Program-made: the position numbers and the translations under genes | NCBI RefSeq assembly: GCF_964204645.1 | Contig: NC_134030.1 | Span: forward strand, 355,355 to 419,354 | DNA length: 64,000 nt | Direction of reading: 5' to 3' | Source of the DNA: Tubulanus polymorphus | Taxonomy: Eukaryota; Animalia; Nemertea | The notes under the pieces: model-generated | The model's database searches: none | What the model saw: the letters and a program-made list of their open reading frames with translations, nothing else | What the model was told of the DNA's origin: nothing | Shown here: piece after piece, positions 37,501 to 49,568 of the stretch | Numbering within the stretch: position 1 is the first letter of the stretch | Layout: every line of letters starts with the position of its first letter

Positions 37501-40500
37501 TGAAAGGCCTCGAGAATAAGCTTGGGCCTCGAGAATAATCTTGGGCCTCGATAAAAGGCTTGGGCCTCGAGATAGGCTCGGACCTCGGGAATATGCTTGG
37601 GCCTCGAGAATAAGCTTGGGCCTCAGGAATATGCTTGGGCCTCGGGAATAGGTCTGAGCTCCGTGAACGGGCTTGGACCTCGAGAATAGGCTTGGGCCTC
37701 GGGAGATGCTTGGGCTTCGAGCTTCGTGAACGGACAGGCTTCGAGGCCGAACCTCGGCTTTTTGATTAGGCCTCAGCTTCCATATTGGGCTTGGGTTTGC
37801 TTTGCGATTGGGCCTAAATCTTTCTACATTTGACACTGTACAATATTTCTACAATTTTGATAGGATAAATAGATGAATAAAAAATAATATGTTATCTATA
37901 TATTGTAGACGATATTTCTACATTTAATACCAATTTGATAGATATATAGTATAATGATGATATGACGTGTATATATTGTAGAGGAGGCGTTCCACGTGAT
38001 TGTGTTTATTTGTATCCTCATCTATTTCCCTCCACATCCGCCATTACCGCCGACAATATCAGCATCTACAGATCGCGTCAGTTTCATACGAGGCCTCGGT
38101 CAGGCTTTCTGGTAAGTTATTTTCTTTTCACAAAAAAAGTATATTTCAGCACAAAATTAGTGTTCGCAACCGTCGTACCATTGACCATGGCCTGCATCCG
38201 AGCAGTTAACCAGTCACCAATAACCCTAACCCTAGACTCGAACTTGCCACCTCCGGCATGCAAGCCGAGCATACTAACCCCTAGACCATAGACCTGTAGC
38301 GTCTGACAGAGTTTGTAAATTTCTCTGGTCAGTGTGGTGTCTGGTGACCAGTCAGGTGTGATGACTGGTGACCAGTCAGGTGTGGTAACTGGTGACCAGT
38401 CAGGTGTGATGACTGGTGACCAGTCAGGTGTGGTAACTGGTGACCAGTCAGGTGTGATGACTGGTGACCAGTCAGGTGTGGTAACTGGTGACCAGTCAGG
38501 TGTGGTAACTGGTCACCAGTCAGGTGTGGTAACTGGTGACCAGTCAGGTGTGGTGACTGGTGACCAGTCAGGTGTGGTGACTGGTGACCAGTCAGGTGTG
38601 GTGACTGGTGACCAGTCAGGTGTGGTAACTGGTCGTGTGGCCATTCACTACATATCACTCTTTTCTTGAAGAATATTAATGACTCTTTGCTCCCCAACTT
38701 CCAAACTAACTAATTCAATTGTTTACCAGATGAAAATCTCGGACTCATTTTGTTTGTATTTTTAGTCACGCACGATTGTGGGTAATGGCAATACCATACG
38801 GATTAGGGTTAGGTGTTTATAACTGTTGGAACGCGATATTAGATGTGAATTTGAGCCCGTTAGGAATACAGCAGTCTGAAGCAGGCTGGCTCGGGTTTTA
38901 CGCTGTAATGGCCGGCTGTACCGGAGCCCTTATCGTGTCCTGGTAAGCTAAATTATCATTATTATTAGTGAATTATTACTATTTAGATGAAAATGATTAT
39001 CTGAAAATTATTACGGTAAACAAAATTCGGTCTATCATTTGGATAAGTCGTCACATTACTGAAGTCATCTCTATTTTTGAGTCTCAATTTGTATTTCTAA
39101 TTCAATTTACTAAGTGTAAGTCATCATTTGTATATAAGTCATCAACAAATCAATGAATTTGGTCCCAACTGCAAACGCATTTATCACAAAATGATTATAT
39201 CTTTGTTTGTGTTTTGTGCTGTAGGATTTCCGATCATTTCCTGGGTCACATGAAGATATTTTGTATCGTGTTGTTTATTGGTGCTGGTGGCTCCGCCTTG
39301 TGGAGCATGTTACTTATTGGTCAATATATACCGTTCAATTCTGGTAAGATAATAATCACCAGTCTCAATGAGACGATTAATTAGAAAGCAAATATCATTT
39401 GAATTCGGAATTTTCTGTTAAGGCTAAACAAAAATGATACCTTGTCCGCAACGGCCGGGTTATTTTTGTAAAATATGATTAAATTTGTAATCAATTTATT
39501 TCTGATGCCGGGTCTGTTATATGATAAAATAAATCACGATTAAAACAAAAAGTAATGCACAGGGTAGATAGGCGGCTGGACCGGGTCAACTTTTAAACTC
39601 AGCAGAAATGAGAATCATGGTATCGATATTTTTTGCCTAAGATTTAATTATATTTTCTCTGACTCTCCTTTCGCAGGTGAACTATATACATCTATAATAG
39701 TGGGCGGTTTATTGATATACACGTGTATAGCACTGTTTTTTGAAATGGCTTGTGAATCGGCGTATCCGATAGCGGAGTCTGTGATCAGCGGCATGTTTGC
39801 TTTACTAAACAATATCTGTGGAGTGACGTTCCTTCTACTCTTCTATATTCCTAATATCGGTAAGTATACGACTAATGAACTCGTGTTCAATATTTATTAT
39901 GTTCTAGATACGGAATGGATGAACTGGTGTTTTATAATGAACTCGTGTTCAATATTTATTATGTTCTAGGTACGGAATGGATGAACTGGTGCTTTATAAT
40001 GAACTCGTGTTCAATATTTATTATGTTCTAGGTACGGAATGGATGAACTGGTGCTTTATAATGAACTCGTGTTCAATATTTATTATGTTCTAGGTACGGA
40101 ATGGATGAACTGGTGTTTTATAATGAACTCGTGTTCAATATTTATTATGTTCTAGGTACGGAATGGATGAACTGGTGCTTTATAATGAACTCGTGTTCAA
40201 TATTTATTATGTTCTAGGTACGGAATGGATGAACTGGTGTTTTATAATGAACTCGTGTTCAATATTTATCATGTTCTAGGTGCGGAATGGATGAACTGGT
40301 GTTTTATAATGAACTCGTGTTCAATATTTATTATGTTCTAGGTGCGGAATGGATGAACTGATGTTTTATAATGAACTCGTGTTCAATATTTATTATGTTC
40401 TAGGTACGGAATGGATGAACTGGTGTTTAACGGGTGCTCTGTTTATCGCTATACCGATATTAATGTTCGCTAAAGTCACCTATAACCGATTGGAACTGGA

Positions 40501-40624
40501 TGTCCCGGATGCGGATGAAGTACTTCACCATGGTAACGAACATCACAATGAGAATCATATACAGTACGATGAATACGGACGCAGTAAATCGATATCTTCA
40601 GAATCAGAAATTCACTTTCTTTAA
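34534..40624 (+). CDS. SLC49A4: MFS transporter, SLC49A4/DIRC2-like (FLVCR family), 11 exons
   Basis: Exons approx. 34534-34921, 35467-35557, 36054-36217, 36345-36417, 36581-36642, 37216-37281, 37982-38111, 38766-38942, 39225-39343, 39677-39859, 40404-40624. Motifs: ETEPLL dileucine signal, VYGRRWYIL, QGCVWNSFGPI, SATWFPANGRTTATAI, FFEMACESAYP, WMNWCL, YNRLELD. Confidence 0.9.
34973..35080. mobile_element. Short palindromic MITE
   Basis: GGCCCGGTTTTATAGACTGGTTT...AAACCAGTCTGTAAAACCGGGCC. Confidence 0.75.
36969..37078. mobile_element. Short MITE (GGNCCAGTTT-terminus family)
   Basis: GGACCCAGTTTCACAAAAAG...CTTTTTGTGAAACTGGACCC. Confidence 0.7.
37505..37720. repeat. ~20-bp degenerate intronic minisatellite
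   Basis: GCTTGGGCCTCGAGAATA variants. Confidence 0.8.
38328..38635. repeat. 24-bp intronic minisatellite (~12 copies)
   Basis: CTGGTGACCAGTCAGGTGTG(G/A)T(A/G)A units. Confidence 0.93.
39872..40428 (+). repeat. 62-bp tandem repeat, 9 copies of the SLC49A4 last-exon acceptor
   Basis: TTATGTTCTAG|(G/A)T(A/G)CGGAATGGATGAACTG with junctions at 39908, 39970, 40032, 40094, 40156, 40218, 40280, 40342 and 40404. Confidence 0.95.
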
Positions 40625-41434
40625 ATAGAACCGACGCACCCTCGACCCCCTGCCCCATCGAGATCCAGCCCAACGCAGGGAAACAGGGAAACAAACATGT
40701 TTGATCGAGGAAAATTTGTTTCCCGAAATCATGGTTTCTGTATGCCATAAGGCTGGGAGGTCGGGGAGATCCCAGCAGGGGAGTGAGGGGGAATGGGCGG
40801 AGAGGAGGGGGGGGGGGGGGTGCCATGGTATGGTGTGAATAGTAATGAAAAAAACTTATCTGGACATGTGATTACAACTAATATACCGTATATAATGTAA
40901 TGAACGGATATCTAGCTGTTAAAAATCAAATTCAATCCTCGCTTCGTGCAATAAAAATGAAATTTCACAAATATTTCTTTAAATTTTCTGGGAAATATTT
41001 TACACTGAATTCAATCAAATTATTTTGTAAATATGACAGTAATTGTGAATAATGAATTGTACATAACCAAAAGAATTGAAACTAAACATATTTTTATACC
41101 GCGTGTAAATCGAAGAATATATCTGTGATTCTAGTTTGTAAATACGCCGTAATGTGGCGCTGTTTCCAGAAACAGTTTTTAGAAATTTGTTTGGCTTCAA
41201 TAAACAGAATTTTTTAATGATATTATTTTTGTTGAGTTCGATCACCACATCGGAAGTGGCCCACCAGATATAGACCGGGCGTGCTCCAAAAGTTTCTGGT
41301 CGGATGGTTGGTCCGGCCGACTAGAGAAACTCGTAGGACCGATGGTCACTTAGTGGTCACTTTATACAGATATGATACGGACCGCCGAGACACACCCGGT
41401 CGCTACGGGCTAGAGGGCTGCAGTAAGACTACTG

Positions 41435-41508
41435 AACCCAGTTCCACAGTGTTGTGAGTTACAGTAACTCAGAGATGAATCTTAACCCGTAACTGTAGAA
41501 CTGGACCC
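41435..41508. mobile_element. Short MITE (GGNCCAGTT-terminus family)
   Basis: ACCCAGTTCCACAGT...ACTGTAGAACTGGACCC. Confidence 0.55.
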
Positions 41509-41571
41509 TGGAGTGCCTGGTTAGAATAAAATGCTGGGATATTTAATTTCATGAAAAAAAAAACTAATTCG

Positions 41572-41643
41572 TGCGTTCGCCGGGAATCGAACCCGGATCC
41601 ATTGCTTGGAAGGCAACGATGCTAACCTTTACACCACGAACGC
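41572..41643 (-). tRNA. tRNA-Gly (TCC)
   Basis: GCGTTCGTGGTGTAAAGGTTAGCATCGTTGCCTTCCAAGCAATGGATCCGGGTTCGATTCCCGGCGAACGCA folds into a cloverleaf with anticodon TCC; followed by a T10 Pol III terminator. Confidence 0.95.
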
Positions 41644-43944
41644 CGCTTGCAAACGGTGCATTTCGACTAGTAACCCATTTCTAACACGTGGTTAGGAGAT
41701 TGAAATAAAATCTCCGACCGTCTGAATGTGGCGTATTGTGTTCAACAGATGGTTACATATCTTATACGGGTTTATGTTTATTTCTATCATACGGGTTATG
41801 TTCCAGATGTGACCTAAATTCGATGATGTCAAAGGGTTACCCATGAAGGCAGCCATTATCCAATGTTTTCTAGAAGGGTGTGTTTATATATCCGCATCAA
41901 TTCAATGACGTCATAGGGGGATTAACGGAAGCAAACATCTTTTCTTGAAGTGTATCACATGCCTAACCACATCGAGATCATGATGTCATAGGGGAATTTC
42001 TTTTCCATATCAATTCCGACGTCATAAGCACATTCTTAGTCACCACTTTTTTCATATGACGTCATAAGGAGATTCAAGGGCGCAGACATATTTACGGGAA
42101 AGAATGATTTCTGAGATGGCTGTTTTGGGTTAGATTGATGTTTCCTGTTCTCTATGAGCAGTCGATGTTTGGCTCTTGTAATCGTGAATCATATACGTTA
42201 CTGGAGGGTCTGGTCACAGGCGTGGATTGAGGGGGTATTGAGGGTATTGTAAAGCAACTGCGGGCCCAAAAATAAATTCCTTGAGTATAATACCTGTCAT
42301 TTAGCAAGGTATAATTGTTGGTTCATGAAATACCAATTTAATTTAATAATTATGACTGTAAATTGTTTATGTTGTTGTTGCAACACTTTTTATTGGATGA
42401 TTAAATCATGTAAAGTTTTTCGGTAAACCTACAGTTTGTTTGTTTGTATTAAGCATTATCTATACCTCTATTTATGATGATGCGCAGTTTTTACTGGTTT
42501 GTTTAAGTCTGTAGTTATCTGTATGTTCCATAAAAATAAATAAATCTTGTTGTTTGTTGTTTGTTTTGAATCAGTGCTAGTAATGATACTTCTCCGCAGC
42601 GGCCCGACTACTTTTGTAAACTACGATAAAATTTGTAATCGGTTCATTTTGAATAGGCTGCTGGACCTGGTTATGGTTAGCCTGATCAGATTATCCAGTC
42701 GATCTGAATTACTGCTCTTACCCAAGTCTGTGTCCCAACTCGCTTCGGTCTGTGGCGTCGGGCCGGAGGATCGCCGCGACTGACAAAAGGGTGCCACAAG
42801 GATTCAACTATTGTAAACTTCAGATAAAATATGCAAACATCTCAATTCACAGAATATATTTCACATATGGTTGATAAAGAAAGCATGTCCCCCTTCGGCC
42901 CCATTCGGCCTTCAGAGTGATTCATTAAAGGCCCGCAGCTCCGGCGCACCAACAGAGAAACCAGTCTAATTGAATGGGAAAGGCTGCCAGTCTGCAAAGG
43001 CTTAGTACCAAGTACTCGAGAAGAAAACCATTCTCAAGTCGGTGATGTCAAACGCGTTAGAGGTATTTACTGCCCGTTTAGACAACGTTATTCACTTGCC
43101 GCAGTTAGTTTCTAGTCACGGGATTGAAAGATTGATTGATTTCAGAGGTAAATATACGATTTAAATCCTGCTGAGAATCAGGTTTAATTACTCAGTTCAG
43201 AGGTGGTATGTGTTCACTGTTTGTCTGTGTGTTTAAGACTGACCCCCATTTCCGGGATCGATTGAGTAGGAAGCAATTCTTTTGACATTTATTTTGATGG
43301 AATATGTTGAATTGAATTGATACTTCGCTTAAAATAAATTATTAATCAATTTAATGACCTAAAAGAAATCAAATCGTCGTTTTGGATTATGATGGACGTT
43401 TTTTAAGTTAGGAAACGAATTTTGTGGTTTGTGTAAGGTATTAACATTGATTGAAACTAGCGGGGGAGGGGTCGGGGGTAAGTTGCTTAGTGTAGGCCTA
43501 TCCAGAAGCTTGCTACAAACACACAGAGGATTAACAGATTATCAGTTTACAAAAACTCTGATACTTGGAGCTAGCGCAGGGTCAGTCCATTTACTGACGG
43601 CACATAGCACAAGATTTTGTCCCGGTGGTTATTGGACACTCAGTCCATGAAATTCAGTCAATGAAATTTCTAATTAAATGTAAGTAATAAATGAACTGAA
43701 CTTTAATCCCCTGTCTGGCTGTTAATCCCCCTTTGGCTCATAATCCTGTTACAATTTGCACTGCAGTTTATTTCTTTAATTGCGACATTAATGACATGTT
43801 TGTTTAGTGACCCCTGACCCCGACTGTTGAGTTGGCACAGTGCACTGTGCAGACACCGTTGAACTTGGCTTTATGAACAATTTGGTTGTTTTTCATTTCA
43901 GATATAACAAGGTATTCCGCTAGTGTGGGTAGTGACTGACACTG

Positions 43945-44357
43945 AGTGGTCAGCAGCAGTAGTCAGTAGTGGTCAGCAGTGGTCTGTAGCGGTCAGCAGT
44001 AGTCATTAGCAGTCAGCATTGGTCAGTAGTGGTCAGCAGCGTTCAGTAGCAGTCAGCAGCGGTTTGTAGTGGTCAGTAGTGGTCAGCAGTAGTCAGTAGT
44101 GGTCAGCAGTAGTCAGTAGTGGTCAGCAGTAGTCAGTAGTGGTCAGCAGTAGTCAGTAGTGGTCAGCAGTAGTCAGTAGTGGTCAGCAGTAGTCTGTAGC
44201 GGTCAGCAGTAGTCATTAGCAGTCAGCAGTGGTCAGTAGCAGTCAGCAGCGGTTTGTAGTGGTCAGCAGCGGTCAGCAGTAGTCAGCAGTAGTCAGTAGT
44301 GGTCAGCAGTAGTCAGTAGTGGTCAGTAGCGGTCAGCAGTAGTCAGTAGCGGTCAGT
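43945..44357. repeat. 10/20-bp minisatellite immediately 5' of the PTPMT1 ATG
   Basis: AGTGGTCAGCAGTAGTCAGT units ending ...GGTCAGT|ATG. Confidence 0.9.
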
Positions 44358-46217
44358 ATGGTTTTAATGCAGATTGTTCCTCGTATAGCTTTCTACCCGT
44401 CGTTGCTGTATAACATCGTTCTAGAGAAATTATCATTCCACAATTGGTACAACAGAATCGATGAACACATTATACTGGGAGCTCTTCCCTTTAGACATAT
44501 GACTGAACAGGTATGTATCTTCTAATCCATCCTGTCTCTCTCTCCAGGTCCCCTCAGGTCTTCTCATTTTCGATAGAATCCTGGAGCTGCAGTTTCTAGA
44601 AAATTGGTTGAAATCAACCGGTGGATAGGTTGACATAGTGACTGTTAAAATTTCATTGTTACTATGGTATTTATCCACCGGTAATCCACTAGCTGCATCC
44701 GTTATAATCCATCCTGCCCCCTCCTCCCCAGGTCTCCCCTTCTTCTCACTTTCAACTCTGTTATTTTGCAGCTGTCTACAGAAGAGAATGTTAAAGGTGT
44801 TATAACGATGAATGAAGAATTTGAAACCAGATTTCTGGTCAACACTCAACAGGTGAATAATCTAAATCCTCTCACAGATTACACCAGTGTAATCTGTGAG
44901 GTTACATCGGTGTAATCTGTGAGATTCAGATAACAATGATGTAATCAGTGAGATTACACCAGTGTATTACACCGAAGTAATCTCACAGATTACAACAATG
45001 TGATCTCGCAGATTGCATTGTTGTTATCTCACAGATGAAACCTATGTAATCAGTGGTGTTAAAAGCAGTTTTTGATCGCTGCGTCACTTGTCGACTTTTG
45101 ACAGCTTCTAATGTTGCTGCGGTGAAATTACTTCAATTTTGTCAAAATCATAGTAAAAAAAAATTCATTCAGTAAATTAATTGGCGCAGCTCTTGCCGCT
45201 GCAGTCGCCTCGGTTCCAACGCCACTGGTTATTGAACAGATCATAGCAATGTAATCTCATAGAGCTGATTGAATCAATCAATAAATGATTGTTTGATTGA
45301 CAGGAGTGGGAGGAGAATGGAATTAATTGATAAATGATTGTTTGATTGACAGGAGTGGGAGGAGAATGGAATTAATTGATAAATGATTGTTTGATTGACA
45401 GAAGTGGGAGGAGAATGGAATTCATTGATAAATGATTGTTTGATTGACAGGAGTGGGAGGAGAATGGAATTAATTGATAAATGATTGTTTGATTGACAGG
45501 AGTAGGAGAATTGAATTAATTGATAAATGATTGTTTGATTGACAGGAGTAGGAGGAGAATTGAATTAATTGATAAATAATTGTTTGATTGACAGGAGTGG
45601 GAGGAGAATGGAATTAAACAGCTCAGATTGGATACCGAAGATTTTATCAATTCCCCGACCCTGACGAACATCATCGAAGGGATGAAATTTATCGAACAAA
45701 TTAAACGTGACAATGGGACAGTGTATGTACATTGTAAAGCAGGTCGAACGCGTAGCGCTACGATAGTAGCGTGTTACATCATACAGGTACGCCATCTACT
45801 GGTCTAAAAAACAACTACCTACGTACCGCCCTCTTCAACACACTATAACTAGCTACTCGACTAGAGCCATCTAGTGATTATTCCTGAAACTACGCTACCC
45901 GAAACAGTGAATGCATCAGTAGTGCCCTCTAGTATTCAAAGTGTGAACTACCCCCTCCTCAGTAGTGCCCTCTAGTATTCATAGTGTGAACTACCCCTCC
46001 TCAGTAGTGCCCTCTAGTATTCATAGTGTGAACTACCCTCTCCTCAGTAGTGCCCTCTATTGTCTATTTTCAGAAGGTCGGCTGCAGTCCGACGGAAGCC
46101 GTCGATTTCATACGCGGAAAACGATCGCATATTTTACTCCGTCAAAAACAAATGGATTCCATCGAAGAATTTTACAATACGATTAAAAATAAACCCGATG
46201 TAAACGATACTACGTGA
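44358..46217 (+). CDS. PTPMT1: Mitochondrial phosphatidylglycerophosphatase / protein-tyrosine phosphatase 1
   Basis: Exons 44358-44510 ([11 protein letters not shown]...[16 protein letters not shown]), 44772-44852 ([15 protein letters not shown]), 45595-45786 (catalytic [14 protein letters not shown]) and 46074-46217 ([15 protein letters not shown]). Confidence 0.94.
45278..45617 (+). repeat. 49-bp tandem repeat, 7 copies of the PTPMT1 exon 3 acceptor
   Basis: TTGTTTGATTGACAG|(G/A)AGT(G/A)GGAG... with CAG at 45301, 45350, 45399, 45448, 45497, 45543 and 45592. Confidence 0.95.
45917..46060. repeat. ~43-bp intronic repeat with CTCF-like core
   Basis: CAGTAGTGCCCTCTAGTATTCA(T/A)AGTGTGAACTACCC, ~3.3 copies. 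Confidence 0.85.
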
Positions 46218-46892
46218 CGTCGATTAACTTTACTCCAAGACTATATCATCATCATCGTAATCAGGACTAAAAACTACTATAGGATTAAAGGAGTCATCTT
46301 GTTTTAAATTGATCTAACACGTTTTTGTTGATTTTATCTCGTTATTTTCCGATGTCTGTTGAAATAAATTTAACTGTTAGAAAGACAGATTGTTGATTTT
46401 AATCAGTGCTGCCCTCTGGTTGGGCTTCTAGTCACTAAGTTTAGTAGCGGTTCGTCTGTTCTAGTCGCCCTCTCACTACAGAAAGTGCTTCCACTCGCAG
46501 AGTTTCTGGTTCCATACACAAAAGATGAAGAACAATGTCTGAAAATCTTCTAACAAACTTAATATTTATTTTCACAAAGCTGTTTACTACTAAACGATAC
46601 ACATGTATTACAATATTACGATACACATGTATTACAATATTACGATACACATGTATTACAATATTACAGGTCAGATGATGATGACCAGTTTTTGATAATA
46701 GCACATTTTAATCAGTTCCAGCTTTAAATATTTTCACCCCCCACGCGATGGAGTCAATTAGTCTATTATAACCTTAAACTTTACGGTAATAAATTTAACT
46801 AAAAATCCAAGGATTTTTTGCGATGATGTAAAACTTGAAAATGTGCAAGGATTTTAATGATATATTTATATAATTACAACATGGAAAGCTGA

Positions 46893-47017
46893 AGGGTTCC
46901 CAGAGTCATAGGCTCACTTTATAAGGGGGTTCCCCGAGTCATAGGCTCTCTTTATAAGGGGGTTCCCCGAGTCATAGGCTCTCTTTATAAAGGGGTTCCC
47001 CGAGTCATAGGCTCTCT
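46893..47017. repeat. 33-bp repeat between convergent PTPMT1/SDHD 3' ends
   Basis: GGGTTCCCCGAGTCATAGGCTCTCTTTATAAGG, ~4 copies. Confidence 0.88.
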
Positions 47018-47300
47018 AGGGACCTTCAATAAAGTACGTATAATTCTCAACTCACTGCCCTGGTTATTGATCCCCGGAGTGGTGTGCAAGTATACTTTAT
47101 CAATGACCCCTACTGTACCAATGACCTGGAACCAGTCCGTTATATCTCTATCGCGTGCAACTGCTGACAACCAGTCTAATAAGCGTTGATAATAAATAAA
47201 TAATTCTCTTTTTTTAAGTTCATATGTAAAAATTCTGGTCTACAGTGACTCAGACGTAACTATAGCAACAGTTACTACGGCGATGACGATGGATATTGTT

Positions 47301-48915
47301 TTACTGTTCGATGGCTGGGGTTTTGTTTTTCTTATCGAGAGCCCAGAAGTATTTGACGGCACCGATGCAGCCGATATCGTTATAGTTAAACACGCAGATA
47401 CCGGCAAAACCGAGCGCCGCAAATATCAATATCATCCATTCACACACCGCAGGGGGCAGCACTTTACGATGGATGTAGTCAACGGCAACAGTGTCTAAAC
47501 CCCTACAATATAGAATGAAATAAATATCAGTATTGTAACACTAATCCAGCTGTTAGTATAGTGAGGGGAGGGAGAGGGGAGGAATGGGGAGGGAGGGGGG
47601 AGGGGAGGGAGGGGGGAGGGTAGTGAGAGGAGAGGGGTGGGTAGTGAGAGGAGAGGGGAGGGTAGTGAGGGGGGAGGGGAGGGAGGGAGAGGGGATGAGA
47701 GAGAGGAGAGGGAGGGAGAGGGTGTATACATACCAGTAACCATGTAACACTAATCCAGCTGCTAGTATAGGGAGGGGAGGAATGGGGAGGGGAGGAATGG
47801 GGAGGGGAGGGAGAGGGTGTATACATACCAGTAAGCATGTAACACTAATCCAGCTGCTAGTATATAATCCATTGCTGGATGCACATATATGAATGATGCT
47901 GGTATTAAAGGTATCAAAGCTGTAGCTAAATATCTCTCGACTTTCCAGTGAACAGATGGTCTCAGGTGTTGTTTAGCGGGATCTCCCCAAACCACTGAAA
48001 ATACACATCAAACATGTCTATTCATCAGTGGATTCTAGATTTCAGAACGACCCACACTCCGTCTATATTCACACTGTCGTAACTTAAGCCCGAAAGTTCG
48101 TACAGAAGAACTAACTACATGAATATGCAATCGGCCCCTGGGACCAGTTGCACAGTCGTGACTTAAGTCCAAAAGTGGTCTTAAATCTAAAAACTGGTCT
48201 TAAGTTGTTAGATTGGCTATAGAACTAAGTTGGTCTGAGACTTGTCTTAAGTCTAAGCCATGACTGTGTAATCGGCCCTTGTTGCCAGGGATTCACAAAC
48301 AGAAATCAGTTGCCGAGGTCGGAATCGAGGTCGACCTGTTTCACTTACTTGGATCAGAAAATCGACTTTTCTCTTTTTTACTTAAAAACACATTTGTCGT
48401 ATGAATTCTGCGCTGTTGTGATGATTCAGCTGTACCCGCTACTACTGTTACTAATGGTAACGCCGGTCTACTTGTTACGGATGAGAATTTTGGCCTAAAA
48501 AGACCCGCAGTGCCAGTTGTCAGGCCGAACCCTGAAAATAGTGAAATATCAACCATATTAATACGTGTCAAGATCGACATCAGATCTGGAGATTGAGAAC
48601 GTGCAGGCCAGGGATAGAAATTGAGTCTGAGGATAAGGTGCATTCGGTAGAGAATGCAAGGTTCCAACACTACTGTCAGTGTCACTAGCACCAGTAGAGT
48701 AGGCACAGGCAGGAGTAAACGCCAAGGACGCAAGGTCAAATAAAAACCTATTTGTTACGCAACAACTTCGCATTGAGGAGTGAGAATAGAAATCGAAATT
48801 ATAAATATATAGAATATAGAATCAAACAGTGAAATATAGAGTTAATTGGTGTTTACGGTAACTAGTTACGGTGATATTTACCTCTAGAACCGAGACGAAA
48901 TACAAGACCGTTCAT
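47301..48915 (-). CDS. SDHD: Succinate dehydrogenase cytochrome b small subunit
   Basis: Exons 48882-48915 (MNGLVFRLGSR), 48349-48531, 47829-47994 (SVHWKVERYL...MDYILAAGLVLHAYW) and 47301-47502 (GLDTVAVDYIH...FNYNDIGCIGAVKYFW). Confidence 0.92.
47536..47865 (-). repeat. Duplicated SDHD exon end and splice donor within a purine/pyrimidine-asymmetric repeat
   Basis: TATACTAGCAGCTGGATTAGTGTTACATG(C/G)TTACTG|GTATGTAT at 47829 (real) and 47734 (copy); third partial copy near 47536-47560. Confidence 0.88.
48140..48278. mobile_element. Short MITE (GGNCCAGTT-terminus family)
   Basis: GGACCAGTTGCACAGTCGTGACTTAAG...CATGACTGTGTAATCGGCCC. Confidence 0.6.
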
Positions 48916-49568
48916 CTTTACCAGTGTACGGATCCGGACTCGTGGAGCGGACCGGCGCGATAGAAAAATGAAAATGGTTATTCGTACGGATTGCTCCGAT
49001 GACTCCGTTTCCTTACGGGACCTGTGTGGAGAAAACTCAAGTCATTGAAGGTCATTCTGGAAGACGAACTACGGCAATCCAATCCATAGCCCGTGGTGTA
49101 GTATTACTGCATGTATTTGCCACGTAACGCTCATGCATTCCGAAAAAACAAGTCCTCTATCATATCATCATATCGTATCATAATTTACCGTCAATTGAAG
49201 GCATGTAAGCCTCTCTTGCATTGAAACTAAGTGTACTCGTAAGGTAGGCACTTAAGGTGTCCTCTTAGTGTTCCTTTTTTATGAGGGTGCTGTCATGAGA
49301 TTAAAGTCTATATTTTTTCTTAGTGATTTAAAGTTTTCTTTTTTAAATTTCGTAGTCAAATTTCATTCTTAGAAGTCCTGATAGCTATTTTTTCTCTCGC
49401 TTAGTGTAGCCCTGATTTAGTGTGTTGTTTATTAACATGGCTGATTCCCACCCATGGCAGTTGATTCAGACCCCTCTAATGAGGAGCCGCTCGATATTTC
49501 GCTGATATCAACCCATTCATCTGACACTTGGTCATCCGATGAGTCCATTTGAAATCTCACAATATTTC

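Noticed and set aside
38329-38697. Repetitive ORFs on both strands
   Set aside because: 24-bp intronic minisatellite.
48960-49125. Possible missing C-type lectin exon (GLWIGL-like peptide; acceptor at ~49022)
   Set aside because: The WIGL frame stops immediately and no CTLD cysteines or WND motif follow.
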